A DNA stretch of 64,000 bases from Nemertoderma westbladi (GCA_032718475.1 JAUCBJ010006962.1:151976-215975), one strand, 5' to 3'; positions 11,974 through 27,266 are shown, numbered from the stretch's first letter. Numbers and translations are program-made. The notes: generated by a model not told the origin, from the sequence alone.

Positions 11974-13498
11974 TGTGGGGCGAGACACGAATGGCGAGCC
12001 ATCAGCGAACTGATATAATTATACTATGGCCGTTTTTCAAAAGTCTGTGTGTGTGTGTGTGTGTGTGTGACATGTGTGTGTGTCGGTAGCCATAAATGTC
12101 GGAAGCCATAATCTAAATTAATATATTCAGCTAAAGAGCACCAATCTGAGCGAATGATACATCGGTTAGCCAGGTAGCTAGCTACTTGCAGACCAATCAT
12201 AGGTGGCCTGCAGCAGGCTGGGTTGGTTAAGTAGTAATCTCAATAAATAGGACCCAGCAGGAGAGCGGAGTGGATCTACTGTGATTGGTTCTTGACTTAC
12301 ATTGGTAAGAACCAGCAGTAAATCTTAGATTAGCTTTTTTCAGTTCACATATTGTTTATAATCATAAACACAAAATGATTCAATTATTCAATTTTGCAAT
12401 GTACCGGATGGGTGCTAGCGAGGTAGGCCTAGCAGGTCGTCAGTCCGTCATCCTACAAGTTGGATCTTGACTCTATCATGTGCGTTCATCTATATGATGC
12501 AGACCATCCTGAGCCCGTGAACATGAATTGTAAAGGCTATCTCGAGGCTGATTATTTTACACATTTACTTGATACTTGCATGAATGCGTCTTTGAGGTAA
12601 AATTGCATTATTCTGCAGTTGTTTTGTTATCTGAGAAATTACTGATCAGCAAGCAGGAAATTATAACAGCATCATCGTAACCACTCTGCTGACACTTTGC
12701 AGAATAAATTCTACCAGACCATAGCTGCGTGTTGGGAGGACGCCGACCAGTTTGCGGTTCTTCAGTCTGCCACTAGGAGGCGAAATGTCTGAAAGTGAAA
12801 ATCTTATCCTATTTTGTTATTAATAATGATTTTTAGCTGATACTTAGGTCCTTTACACAATATGTTTATAATGTTTTTTTTGCTGATACCAAGCAGAGTA
12901 TACTACACCGTAAGGGTGTGTATTTGGGCTTGGGGAGACGATGACCAATCTACAGTTCCCCAGTCTGCCGCTATTAGGGGATGAAATGTCTGAATGAGGA
13001 AACCTACAATTTTGTTGTTTATGAATGCTTTTTTGCTGATACTTGGCACTTGGCAGGCAGTCTGCCACTAGGGGGCGAAATGTCTGAAATTACAACCTTC
13101 CATTTTAATACGATAGAGTTGCTGCAGTGACCTACTGCACTATAGGTTATGTTTGCGAGGACGCTAACCACTACTCTGCAGTTATACAGTTTTCCAGTTA
13201 CACACGCAGTTATACATGTAAAGTTTTGTTAAGTTAATTAATTAATTTATTTATGTTTGATATTGTCCATTGATTGATTGACTGTATAGAAGCTTGTGAA
13301 CTAGAAGGTTTCTAGTGTTATATATAAATATGCATTGTCTGTCTGTGAGTCTATGAGTCTGTGAGTCTGTCCAAGCTATACACTCCGACACACGAGCACC
13401 AATCTGAGCAAATGATCGAAAGCTCTCTTCCCGAGCACATAAACTATCGCTATCTCGAGGCTAATTTTACTTGTTTGTTTGCGTGAATGCGTATTTTG
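11974..13498. mobile_element. Helentron-associated (HINE/DINE-1-like) non-autonomous element; a second head starts at ~13499
   Basis: Terminus GGGGCGAGACACGAATGGCGAGCC plus (GT)n, repeated at 13499-13600. Internal repeats CAGTCTGCC.CTAG..GGCGAAATGTCTGAA are the reverse complement of those in 28197-29460. Confidence 0.6.
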
Positions 13499-14854
13499 TG
13501 TGGGGCGAGACACGAATGGCGAGCCATCAGCGAACTGATATACTGTAATTATACTATGGCCGTTTTTCAAAAGTCTCTGTGTGTGTATGTGTGTGTGTGA
13601 CAACAAGGCATGAACAAGGGCAGCCGTGCCCAATAATATTTCTTGAAGTTGTACATTACTAAAATGGCAGCTAAAGCTAAAGTCATTGACCAAGCCAGTG
13701 CCTAGGCTAGCACACAAGGACATGGCCTAACCTGTAGTAGTCTAGTAGAAGGAATAGTGCTCCTTCAATACATCTCAACAGACATCAATTCATTTGCCTC
13801 TGCCTACCATAACATAACATATATGCTTGATTTCCAATCACCTCTCACCACAATTATTATTAGTAATTAAAAGTTTCAATTCGATTTGTCTTTCCGTTAT
13901 ATGGTTATTCAGTTATTGCATTATTAATAAACAAATGTTTTAAAATATATCTTAGGCCAGTATTGGTTGACAAAAGGAGATACGCAATGCGTATCCCATT
14001 GCGCCTCATAATAGCCTCTCGTCAACAAGTCAACCCCACCGACTAGCGGCACTGGCTGTTTCAGCTGACGGGGCTCTGTCGAAAAACGCGTCCCTGATGC
14101 AGTAAGGGCCCTCTTTTGAGGAGCAATATTATTATTGCCGCGGAACTGCTTCTACTCTAGGCCAGACCTAGCCAGAAGTAGAATCCTCACCAACCATCAA
14201 CACGAATAGATAAATCTGACACTTGCCCCAACACCCCCCCCCCCCCCCCCCCCCCGCCCCAATGAGGCAGAGGCAGACCAACAACACACCTCTTCACCTC
14301 TACCGATGTCGGAGAGTAAAATACCACGCATTATAGAATACAGGATAAGTTTGATCCAAGCAATGCAACGAAACCTGTAAGTTAGAAAATGCATGGTCCC
14401 AATATTTGCAAAATAATTACAAAGTCCTACATTTATTTTGCATGAGATACTAACAACCCGTCACTAACCACAACAAACGTACTGTATAGTACAGTAGCCT
14501 GTCGTATTCGCCCAAATACGGCAGTATAACTCTGGGTTCAGAGAACGTGTACATATTGACAGGCGGCAATCCCCGGATACAGTACCATGCATGTGTTTGA
14601 TATAAATATTAGATTTCTACTTCCATACAATTCTCATTGATTCCGCAGGTCAATGTTATAATTAAAACAGTCAATTTGATATATTCTTCCGATTCCATAG
14701 GCGGCTTACACACCAACTCCCACCCTACAGCCCTATTTATCCCAATCCATCAATTTTTGTCACAGGTGTGGTCTGAGGATACTACATTATACAAAATGAG
14801 TTTTCCATCCTGATAACTCTGTTTAATTTGACAATGTTTATAATGATAACTTCA

Positions 14855-17800
14855 CCTCGATGGTCTGGCTGCAACCGGAGAGCCAAAGGCTCGACAGAGA
14901 ATTATGAGGCATAGATACTGCAGCCTATTTAACGGAACATAGAACCCACCATCAACACCAACTTCAAACCTCATAATTTATACAGTCTAGAGACCTACCT
15001 ATCAAGTAGGCACTTTGCTTTGATCTTTTTTAGGTCGATTTTTAAAGGATTTTTCCAGGAGAACGGCGAAAGCTAGAACGATTCTGTTTGCGCGATCTGG
15101 TAGATGGCCCTAGCGCGATAGCTAGGAGTTTTTGTGGAAAAAATCTGTTAATTAATTAATTAGTAATTAGCGATTAAAGATTTCTAATTGATTTATCTCG
15201 AAAAGTATTTGGTTTTTCCCCTAGCAACGGTGTTTTTTTTTGTTCATCTCGGTAAGATCTAAAAAAAGTTCAGTCATCGCTATGGCCCTCCTATTACTGT
15301 TAATTAGTACTAATTAGCCGAAAACTAATTAGCGTCGTAACTCGAAAACACTAAGAGCTATGAAAAAACGTAACATCACAAAGTTGTTCGGAATTTTATT
15401 CTACACAAAAAAGTCTCTGGCGCCGATGCCGTATCTCCTACCGTTAATTAGTAATTAACTAATTACTTAATTACCTAATTGGCGGGGGGGCTTTGCCCCC
15501 CCGTCCCCCAAATCCTTATTCACAAGGTGTATCAAAGCGGTTTACTATTTTACAAATGATAATTACTCTAAAATCTTTTGAATCGAACTAATTAACGATT
15601 TTACTAATTAGTAAAGTTCCCCAAATTAATTAATAATTTATCCACTCCGGCTGCAATTAATTAAACAGCTGAGTCGTCAGCCTGGTTTGATGAACTTGAT
15701 GAAATCATAAAGTCAGTAGTTGCTGTATGCCATTACTGACTAAAACTATATACCAAGCACCTCTTGCCGGTAGCTATCTCCACAGTCTGTAGTGAGCACC
15801 GGTGCAGGTATGGTAGGCCTACATGTATGGCATATTTAGTGGAGGTTCTTTTGGCAGATAGGCCTAGTCAAAACGTTACATCAGATGCCGTATTTTAGTC
15901 AAAACGTACCCTATCTTCATATAGTTGAGTATTGTCAATACAGGAATATCCAAGTACTGGGTACTCCTGTACTTAGTATACCCATCTGCCCATGTACAGT
16001 AACTGGCTGATAGTTACCCTTAGTTTGTAGGCTATAGATGATTGACGTTTCTAGCAATGTTCTTAACGTTGGGATTTTACTTGGAAGTTATTAATACCAT
16101 AGTTTACCCCAAAAAAACTAAAATTACCCAAATCGCACCAAATCAAAATAAATCTTATAACAGCAACACGGGCTATCTGACGATATGGATTAGATCAATG
16201 TAGCGGATAGTGACCATTGAAGGGCTTCTTATGCATGCAAAGGAAAATATGATCAGACCCAAATCACACAGTCAGACCTGATCTTTTGCTGATCAAATAC
16301 CGGTAGGTGACTTTGCTGATATGCAGTAACATTTTACAGTACAATTTGATGCGAAAATGTTTTGGCCAGTACTCTGAACCTTCCATTGGGGTCTCAGGTC
16401 ACGCGCGTACCGTGGTCACTGTATCTGGCACCTGATTGGCTCAAATATTCAAACGCTGAAAACTTACCTAGGCCTTGACAATTAGTGATAAGATTTTATG
16501 CGAATATGTTTTGGATGGTGTTCTGAATCTCGCGTTGAGGTCCCAAGTCACCCCCATACCGTGGTCATCAGATACGGCGCCTGATTGGCTAATGCTTTGA
16601 ACGACGATAACTCGAGTTTGCTTCACTTTGGGATGAAGTTTGAAAGCTAAGAATATTCTCTGGAGTATGCCCTAACTCACTGACGATGTTTTATAGCTGT
16701 TGGATTGTCGGGTTTTGCTACGTGGTCTATGATTGGTTAATTTTTTGAAAGGCTATATCTCAAGAAGTATTCACTTTGGAATGATGAAGTTTATTTTAAA
16801 TGTTCTCTAGAGTGTTTCCGATCCTACTAAAGACATCCAATTGCTGTATGACTACCGGTTTCACGCTTTTGATTGTTTGAATATGCATGAAAATTTTGCA
16901 TATAATATATCAAGAAGAATTAATTTTTGCACAAAGGAAATAATACTTACAATGCTCTCTGACATGTCTGGTGTATTTTAAAATCACTGGGGTTGAACAA
17001 TTGTAATTGGAATACACCTTCATGGGTTTTCTTTATGATTTTAGAGCTTTAAAAGTTCAATATTAAATTTTTTATTAAATAATTATTTTTGTGTTATTTG
17101 TTAATATGAGTATATTTCTGTATTTGCTGGTATTATATTTTGGGTGTTTTTTTTGTTATTAGTTTTGGTATTAATTATTTTTTATTAATCCAGGGAATAT
17201 CCCTATTAACTCTGGGTCCTCACTCGTTAATTCAGGGACCACCCCGATAGCTCTGGGTCCACCCTCGTCTCGTTAATTCAGAACCACCTTTGTCAATTCA
17301 ACAAATTTGAATAATTTTTTTTATTAGGTTTTCCAAGGTGCTGAATTAATTGATTGAAGATGGTTTTAAATGGCCTGCTTTTATTGTAATTCCATTTCGT
17401 GTGATGTGTTTCGTGCCACAAATTTTTGAAGTATAAATAATAATTTAATAATATGGTAGGCCTACATGTAGGGCAGATATAGTGGAGGTTCTTTTGGCAG
17501 ATAGGCCTAGTCAAAACGTTACATCAGATGCAGAATTTTAGTCAAAACGTACCCTATCTTCATATATGGTAGTTGAATATTGTGAATACAGGAATACCCA
17601 AGTACTTCTGTAGGCCTACTAATGTACATGCGCAAGTAATATAAATTGGGGGGGGGGGGTCTATGCGCCTGTCGATTCATACGAATCGACAGGCGCAACA
17701 AAAGTATTTGGAATATTATGCCCATGTATACTTATATATGTAAGCCTTCAAGTATAAACAAAACTGACCTTAACAAAATCAAGGTAGGCATTTGTTATTT

Positions 17801-20800
17801 TCTATCAGCAATATGGGCTTTAACTTTTAACTTTACATGGGATTAATAATACTGTAATATTCTAGAACAATACCATATGGCCAACGCCGTCGGCCATGCG
17901 CTCGCACGGCGCAAATGCTCCATTTGCGCTCTCCACCTGGATGGTTTGGCTGCAACCGGAGAGCCCAAGGCTCGACAGAGAATTATGAGGTATAGATACT
18001 GCAGCCTATTTAACGGAACATAGAACCCACCATCAACACCAACTTCAAACCTCATAATTTAACGGTCTAGTATCACTCCCTGAGAAGTAGGCATTTTGCT
18101 TTGATCTTTTTTAGGTGGATCTTTAAATGATTTTTCCAGGAGAACGGCGAAAGCTAGAACGATTCTGTTTGCGCGATCTGGTAGATGGCCCTAGCGCGCT
18201 AGCTAGGAGTTTTTGTGGAAAAAATCTGTTAATTAATTAATTAGTAATTAGCGATTAAAGATTTCTAATTGATTTTTCTCGAAAAGTATTTGATTTTTCC
18301 CCTAGCAACGGTGTTTTTTTTTGTTCATCTCGGTAAGATCTAAAAAAAGTTCAGTCATCGCTATGGCCCTCCTATTACTGTTAATTAGTACTAATTAGCC
18401 GAAAACTAATTAGCGTCGTAACTCGAAAACACTAAGAGCTATGAAAAAACGTAACATCACAAAGTTGTTCGGAATTTTATTCTACACAAAAAAGTCTCTG
18501 GCGCCGATGCCGTATCTCCTACCGTTAATTAGTAATTAACTAATTACTTAATTACCTAATTGGCGGGGGGGCTTTGTCCCCCCCGCCCCCAAATCCTTAT
18601 TCACAAGGTGTATCAAAGCGGTTTACTATTTTACAAATGATAATTATTCTAAAATCTTTTGAATCGAACTAATTAACGATTTTACTAATTAGTAAAGTTT
18701 CCCAAATTAATTAATAATTTATCCAATCCGGCTGCAATTAATTAAACAGCTGAGTCGTCAGCCTGGTTTGATGAACTTGATGAAATCATAAAGTCAGTAG
18801 TTGCTGTATGCCATTACTGACTAAAACTATATACCAAGCACCTCTTGCCGGTAGCTATCTCCACAGTCTGTAGTGAGCACCGGTGCAGGTATGGTAGGCC
18901 TACATGTATGGCATATTTAGTGGAGGTTCTTTTGGCAGATAGGCCTAGTCAAAACGTTACATCAGATGCCGTATTTTAGTCAAAACGTACCCTATCTTCA
19001 TATAGTTGAGTATTGTCAATACAGGAATATCCAAGTACTGGGTACTCCTGTACTTAGTATACCCATCTGCCCATGTACAGTAACTGGCTGATAGTTACCC
19101 TTAGTTTGTAGGCTATAGATGATTGACGTTTCTAGCAATGTTCTTAACGTTGGGATTTTACTGGAAGTTATTAATACCATAGTTTACCCCAAAAAAACTA
19201 AAATTACCCAAATCGCACCAAATCAAAATAAATCTTATAACAGCAACACGGGCTATCTGACGATATGGATTAGATCAATGTAGCGGATAGTGACCATTGA
19301 AGGGCTTCTTATGCATGCAAAGGAAAATATGATCAGACCCAAATCACACAGTCAGACCTGATCTTTTGCTGATCAAATACCGGTAGGTGACTTTGCTGAT
19401 ATGCAGTAACATTTTACGGTACAATTTGATGCGAAAATGTTTTGGCCAGTACTCTGAACCTTCCATTGGGGTCTCAGGTCATGCGCGTACCGTGGTCACT
19501 GTATCTGGCACCTGATTGGCTCAAATATTCAAACGCTGAAAACTTACCTAGGCCTTGACAATTAGTGATAAGATTTTATGCGAATATGTTTTGGATGGAG
19601 TTCTGAATCTCGCGTTGAGGTCCCAAGTCACCCCCATACCGTGGTCATCAGATACGGCGCCTGATTGGCTAATGCTTTGAACGACGATAACTCGAGTTTG
19701 CTTCACTTTGGGATGAAGTTTGAAAGCTAAGAATATTCTCTGGAGTATGCCCTAACTCACTGACGATGTTTTATAGCTGTTGGATTGTCGGGTTTTGCTA
19801 CGTGGTCTATGATTGGTTAATTTTTTGAAAGGCTATATCTCAAGAAGTATTCACTTTGGAATGATGAAGTTTATTTTAAATGTTCTCTAGAGTGTTTCCG
19901 ATCCTACTAAAGACATCCAATTGCTGTATGACTACCGGTTTCACGCTTTTGATTGTTTGAATATGCATGAAAATTTTGCATATAATATATCAAGAAGAAT
20001 TAATTTTTGCACAAAGGAAATAATACTTACAATGCTCTCTGACATGTCTGGTGTATTTTAAAATCACTGGGGTTGAACAATTGTAATTGGAATACACCTT
20101 CATGGGTTTTCTTTATGATTTTAGAGCTTTAAAAGTTCAATATTAAATTTTTTATTAAATAATTATTTTTGTGTTATTTGTTAATATGAGTATATTTCTG
20201 TATTTGCTGGTATTATATTTTGGGTGTTTTTTTTGTTATTAGTTTTGGTATTAATTATTTTTTATTAATCCAGGGAATATCCCTATTAACTCTGGGTCCT
20301 CACTCGTTAATTCAGGGACCACCCTCGATAGCTCTGGGTCCACCCTCGTCTCGTTAATTCAGAACCACCTTTGTCAATTCAACAAATTTGAATAATTTTT
20401 TTTATTAGGTTTTCCAAGGTGCTGAATTAATTGATTGAAGATGGTTTTAAATGGCCTGCTTTTATTGTAATTCCATTTCGTGTGATGTGTTTCGTGCCAC
20501 AAATTTTTGAAGTATAAATAATAATTTAATAATATGGTAGGCCTACATGTAGGGCAGATATAGTGGAGGTTCTTTTGGCAGATAGGCCTAGTCAAAACGT
20601 TACATCAGATGCAGAATTTTAGTCAAAACGTACCCTATCTTCATATATGGTAGTTGAATATTGTGAATACAGGAATACCCAAGTACTTCTGTAGGCCTAC
20701 TAATGTACATGCGCAAGTAATATAAATTGGGGGGGTCTATGCGCCTGTCGATTCATACGAATCGACAGGCGCAACAAAAGTATTTGGAATATTATGCCCA

Positions 20801-21018
20801 TGTATACTTATATATGTAAGCCTTCAAGTATAAACAAAACTGACCTTAACAAAATCAAGGTAGGCATTTGTTATTTTCCATCAGCAATATGGGCTTTAAC
20901 TTTTAACTTTACATGGGATTAATAATACTGTAATATTCTAGAACAATACCACATGGCCAACGCCGTCGGCCATGCGCTCGCACGGCGCAAATGCTCCATT
21001 TGCGCTCTCCACCTGGAT
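14855..21018. mobile_element. Head-to-tail dimer (period ~3081 bp) of a non-coding, probably rolling-circle (Helitron/Helentron-like) element
   Basis: Identical 73-aa ORFs at 17293 and 20374. Junction CACCTGG|ATGGTTTGGCTG at ~17939. Terminal hairpin GCGCAAATG-CTC-CATTTGCGC and short subterminal inverted GGAGAGC/GCTCTCC. Confidence 0.7.
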
Positions 21019-21759
21019 TCATATACCATAAGCATCAAACAGTCTTGCAATGTAATAAATCTGCCCAATAACTCATTGAACCGGAAGGACGCCCCAGGCT
21101 GACAACATAAATCAAAGCTAAAGTAAACATTATCTCTCCTTCATGTACTTATGTCTTCAATAATATACTACCCAGAGACAGTCAGTCCCAGGCTATACAA
21201 AATTAGTTACCTCGGAGCCAGCAGCTGCTACAGAGTATTACATAACCCAAATCCATTTACTATAACATTGCCTTTCTTTCCATTTCTTTGTCACATTTTC
21301 TCAGTTACCCCCCCCCCCCCCCCCACACCCCACCCCACCCCTAAGCAGTCTCATCAAACCACCTGAATTATTGCAGGAGTTAAAAGTATCACATTGTCCT
21401 AATCCAAATCAACTTGAGATACAAAGAGCAACGTTTATTTATTTATTTTTCAGATACATCGCCAACACTTTCTTCTTTTTGTTCATATTAAGTATACCGT
21501 AAAAACTCTTAACCCAGTGGCTCCCTACTGTAAGAAATGTACATACGCCAAATGTCAATATGTGCGCCGCGTCGTCGGATTCCGAGTGGCCCACACCCGC
21601 TTAGGTGTGCCCACTGCGGATCTTCCGTAGTAAACCAATTTGGTCAGGTCAAATCCAAACATTCACTGGAGATCACCAAATGGGGCGCTATGTGAAATAC
21701 CGTGCAGACACGATGATGAAATATATCTTACGAAATATGGTTAATAATTAAAACGTGTC

Positions 21760-22310
21760 GCTAACATTCTCGCTGTGGGGGTTTTAAGGGGTGCTGATTA
21801 CATTTCTGATGTCAGTTTTCACGTTTACATAAATCTAGTCTGTCTGTCTGTCGGTCATTCTGTTAGTCAGTCTGTCAAAACATAAAAAACAATTCAAATT
21901 AACTAACATTCTCGCTATGGGGGTTTTAAGGGGTGCTGATTTCATTTCTGATGTCAGTTTTCAGGTTTACATTAATCTAGTTTGTCGGACTGTCGGTCTT
22001 TCTGTCAGTCAGTCAGTCTGTCAAAACTTTAAAAAGAATACAAACTAACTAACATTCTCGTTATGGGGGTTTTAATGGGTGCTGATTTCATTTCAGATGT
22101 CAGTTTTCACGTTTAATAAATCTAGTCTGTCTGGCTGTTGGTCTGTCGGTCTTTCTGTCAGTCAGTCTGTCAAAACTTAAGAAAGTATACTAACTAACCA
22201 ACATTCCCGCTATGGGGGTGTTAAGGGTTGCTGATTTCATTTCTGATGTCAGTTTACACGTTTACATAAATCTAGTCTGTCTGTCTGTCGGTCTTACTGT
22301 CAGTCTGTAC
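21760..22310. repeat. Four ~145 bp tandem units with GTCT/GTCA microsatellite
   Basis: AACATTCTCGCTATGGGGGTTTTAAGGGGTGCTGATTTCATTTCTGATGTCAG at ~21762, 21904, 22050 and 22200. Confidence 0.85.
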
Positions 22311-22619
22311 TACTGTACTGTGGTTGGCATTACGCCATATACCTAACACTAATACTACAGTCTACAATACAGCCTATCTACAGTACAGAATGGATTTTTT
22401 GCCATGAAGAGCACTAAATGTCTTTAATACTATCCACCAGTATACCTAGACCAAGAGCCTTCCAATGAAACATGTATTGCAGCATATTGCAGCATGACGT
22501 CCACTGCATGTCTTAGTGTTGTCCATGGTGACATGCACTGGACGTCATAGGCTCTAAGGGGTTAAGCAACACGGTCCCTACTTCTCCCTGTCGACACCCC
22601 AGCCATTTTTCACCAATCA

Positions 22620-22920
22620 TTTTTTAGAGTTTTTAAATTTTTTTGTTATTGGTGAAAGTTCTAGAACATTAGTAGATATGTTCTTTATGATAGCTACCGG
22701 TAGTGTTTTTTGCTAGCTAGTATTTTTAGAAATTATAAAAAATGTGAAAGTCCATGATATTTCAGGTTAAACTGTTGAAGAATATATTAATGACCAAAAT
22801 AATTTCCAAAAATTACTAGCTAGTAAAAAATACTAGCTATATACCATAAAAAATCTACTAAGGTTCTAGAACATTCACTAATATAAAAAAGCAATCAAAA
22901 TCACAAAAAAATAAAAGTTA
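22620..22920. repeat. Imperfect inverted repeat (MITE-like)
   Basis: GTTCTAGAACATTAGTAGAT...GCTAGCTAGTATTTTT is mirrored by AAAAATTACTAGCTAG...ATCTACTAAGGTTCTAGAAC. Confidence 0.55.
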
Positions 22921-23689
22921 AAAAACTCATTCGGGACACTTTTGCTTAAGGAGTCAAAATTGTAGAAAAAATTACCGAAGTTTGCGACGTTTGCGAAATT
23001 CGCGACGTTTGCGAAATTCGCGAAGAATCCGTCAGTTTCTGTGCCCTAATGGGTTCGTGCCAAAACAATCAATTCTTACACACTTAACACACACGAACTA
23101 ATTTAAAGTGGGTATTAGTATGCCTGAATAATTAAATAGAAATTAAGTTAATGAACGCTATTTCAACATGAAATCTACGGAATCAATACACAACACACGC
23201 ACACTACTGAATTTAAAAATTTATATAGATTGCAACTTATATTTGCCTACCTTTTAATGGGTGACTAATTTAATTATTCAACCCTATATATTTGTAGCCT
23301 TTTTAATTTGTGCCTCTAATTGAATCAAACATTAAACTAAAATATATGTCACAATATTGGTCTGTCTGTAGCTGGTCAATGAATCCCTCATAAATTTGTT
23401 AATTAGTCGCTGCTCAGTCATTGAACATTTGAACACGTGCTGCTCGAAGACCCCACAACGTGTTAACTTTCGCTTTGCCAATCCCAAACATAGGCCTACT
23501 CGTACCCGTTTCACACCCAGATAATGCATGGCCTCCCAAAAGATTTCCTATGGTACCACGATGCATTTTTACTGTATCGCCCACGTCTATTAACTGCGGT
23601 ACGGTTTTTTAATGGGGATTTTATGAAAAATGAATTGGTTATACCTGTTACTTCCCTCAGATAAAAATGTAATAATAGAACAAATATTG

Positions 23690-23880
23690 AATATTTATCT
23701 GCGAAAATGCGCATAGCGCGCATGTTCTGTGGATACTTTTTCCCAGATAACATCTTCGAAACACCGCCAAAATACACACGATACACTTCAGAGAGGCCGG
23801 TTTCAACCATTAAACTTCCTATGGATCCAATGAAACGCATTAATGTATGCATCCCCCCTAATGTAAGTCCACCGTACTGA
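23690..23880 (-). pseudogene. Core fragment of a transposon-associated protein, probably the same gene family as 11458-11968
   Basis: LGGMHTLMRFIGSIGSLMVETGLSEV...FGGVSKMLSGKKYPQNMRAMR. Confidence 0.5.
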
Positions 23881-24129
23881 ACAGGAAAATCCAAATTACA
23901 TAGTGACATCTTTGAGGAACTCATGGTAAATACATTTAGCTCGATGTAGACCAATAGCAGACCCCGCCAAAACTTTTAATGGCAAGGCATTAAACCGGGT
24001 TTGAAATACTAGTATAACTCTTGATATCCAACCCAACCCCGCCCCCCCCCCCCCCCCCCCTCCCACCCCCACCAAAAAAATGTTTCATTTAACATATATT
24101 TACAATATCTAATTGTTGTATATTATATA

Positions 24130-24603
24130 CTGATTCGTATGCATGGTTGAAAATTTTGCACATAGTTTCAAGAAGAATTCACTTTAGTGCAAATAATTAT
24201 AATTTATATAATGTTCTCTGGTATCTCTGGTGTGTTCCAAAAGACCTTCACTTCCACCAGCTTCGGGTTATGTGTTACTTCCACAAATAATAATACACAA
24301 GTAATATAAATTGGGGGGGTTTATGCGCCTGTCGATTTATACGAATCGACAGGGGCAACAAAAGTATTTGGAATATTATGCCCATGTATACTTATATATG
24401 TAAGCCTTCAAGTATAAACAAAACTGACCTTAACAAAATCAAGGTAGGCATTTGTTATTTTCCATCAGCAACATGGGCTTTAACTTTTAACTTTACATGG
24501 GAATAATAATACTGTAATATTCTAAAACAATACCACATGGCCAACGCCGTCGGCCATGCACTTGCACGGCGCAAATGCTCCATTTGCGCTCTCCACCTGG
24601 ATA
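24130..24603. repeat. Partial third copy of the 3.08 kb element, including its hairpin end
   Basis: 24300-24603 matches 20715-21018. Confidence 0.85.
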
Positions 24604-25498
24604 TCTATGTCATGATCCGTTTTGGTCAATATCAGTACAGAATGATCCGCTTCATCCACATGTGATAAGGTAGGTTCAATATTCCTGTTTGGTTTGGTTA
24701 TTAGCATAGATATTGAATGCGTGGATTTCTTACAATTCATGGAACTTAAATTCGTTTATACAGTAGTTTGCTTGGCATTACTTAGGTAAACTCCTGTAAA
24801 CCTGTAAGGGAGTCGGATGACTCTAGTCCCGACCCGTTAACTATGTAGTTACCGGCCCGTTAACCACATTTTATCTATTGACTTTTAAATAATGATCATG
24901 ATTTTGAGATTTTACAAGCTATTTTATTTATCAGATACAATAGTTACTGTTTTTCCAGGTGGCACCCATAATATCTTATGAATGTTCGTACTAGACATTA
25001 TAGAATTTTTTACAGTAATTGCTAGGTTTCCTATTTCGATTAGCTATCATCAACTGTTATATTTCTAGAGAACTACGCAAACATACAGTACCATTTTAAT
25101 TATTAAAAAAAACATTTATAAAAACATTAAAAAAACATACCGATGATAATTAAATGAACAATTCGACTCACGTTTAAGAAACTACAACTATGTCAATTTT
25201 CTAGAACAAGCTAATTAGTCCATGGGCCAGCCAGCATAGGGGATACTTTTTGGTAACCACCCGGAACTTATAGTTTTGGGAAGACCTAGCTTCTGGCCAT
25301 TCATTTTGATATGATAACAAATATGAATCGGTAGCTGACTTGGTGTAATAATGATATGCAATAATGGAATAATGATAATTCGTTTTATTTCCTGTACATA
25401 TGGAGGAATGTAAATAGGAAAATTACCGTTAATCACAAACACAGATTACATAAAACAATATTTAAGAATTGTAGATAAAACTATACATAAATAAAATA

Positions 25499-27266
25499 TC
25501 ATTGCATGAAAATCGGTATCTCATTGTTTATTAGATATCTAATAGCACTTGGAGCGAAAGAGTTTTGAAACATCTTGGTCCGTGTATCAGGCATTCTGTA
25601 ATTATTGCGAGTTGCGGTGGAGTTTGATCGGCAACCAATAATGAAAGCGTGTAGAGGATGACTCGGCGTGTCCACAATCTTCTTTACCATGTTGGTGAAC
25701 TGTTTGGAAAACGCATCATTTATAATGTTCATGTAAACTTGTTTTTCAATTTTTGAGTGTTTGGCAAACAGCGACAGTGGCCTCTTTAACTTCTTTTTGA
25801 GATTCTTTGGAATGAGGGGGACCCACGCAACCGCACAGTACATATATTGTGGTACAATGTAAGTTTCAAAGAGAAATATTTTTGTATCTTTATTTGCAAA
25901 CCGGATGAAAAAACTGAATTGGCGAACTATGTAATTTACCCTTTTTATAAGTTTAAATATATGAGTTTTCCATGATAGATTATTTGCAATCCATATTCCA
26001 AGATGTTTCACTTCGGACGGACGCGGAACCTCGTCACCATCTATGTAGATTATTTCTTCTGCGATATCTAGAACTTTCTGTTCTTTAAAGTTCATTGGAA
26101 TGAAACATAGTTCTTCAGATTTCTTTGCGTTTATCTTTAAGTTTTTTCCATGTGATAGCTCAACAATTCGCTGTATGTTAGACTTATATTTGTCATTTTC
26201 TGCGGAATGCCTTATCGCCTGTAGATTTCTTGAGTCATCAGAATATTTTGCTAGGGATCCATCGTCAGCTCGAATTTCATCAGTGTCTTTGGTAAACAAA
26301 GGTCCACTAAGAGGACCCCCTTGGGGAAAACCAACTTTCAGTGAAATAGAGGAAGATATGTTTTTTCCAGATTTAACCGATTGAGAGAAACCACTCATGT
26401 ATGAGTGAAGCCAGCTGGCCAACCAACGCATCTCTATTGGTAATTCGTCTAAAAGTCTGTTTAAAAACTTGTTTTGTAACACTGTGTTAAAAGCAGATGA
26501 GTAGTCTATGAATAAACATTTTACAATTGTGTGTCTTTCATCTAACGCTTTTGTAATCTGATGAAGGAGGTATAAGATCGCATCAGCTGTAGAATAACCT
26601 TTTTTGTATGCAAATTGAAAAATATCATCAGTGGATTTACTTGCATTACGAAATATATCTAGAGCCAATCTGTCTAAACACCTAGAACTCAAAGGAGTAA
26701 CACATACTGGTCTGAAGCTGGTTTTTTCAGAAAATGATGAATCACATCTTTTAGGTAAGGCAGATGTCAAAGACGAATTCCAACATTGCGGGTATTTTTG
26801 TTGATGGAAACTATCTCTGAATAGTGAAGCATAAGGTATAGAAAGTTCTTTTGCAAAGGTTTTATAGCAAATTGCAGAAACAATGCTACTACCTTGGGCT
26901 GTATTCGGTTTCAATTTACGTATTAATTTCTCAACCACAATCGGATCAACATGAATATCATTATCATAGGTGGTACCATTATATATAGGCTCATCCTTAT
27001 TCACATCCTCGTTAAATCTAGTGAAGAAATTATTAAGACTCTCGACTTCATTTTCATCAAATTTATGAACTTGGTGTTTTTTCCTTATACAGTTATCAGA
27101 TAGTTTGTACAGTTGAGTTTTTGGCATATTGGTGAATTCCATTTGCCGTTTATCAAAGATCAGTTTGTTGATTTTTCTCTGGCACTCATTTCTCTTAACA
27201 TTATCCTTACATGCTATAGCTTTCTTTTTCTCAGCTAGAATGCCTTTAACACCAGGAATAGGTTGA
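25499..27266 (-). CDS. LINE ORF2 reverse transcriptase (partial)
   Basis: FRPVCVT, QFAYKKGYST, IDYSSAFNTV, GFPQGGPLSGPLF, YSDD, KHLGIWI. Confidence 0.9.

Noticed and set aside
21509-22565. TTAACCC...GGGTTAA as piggyBac MITE ends
   Set aside because: The inverted match does not extend beyond TTAACCC.
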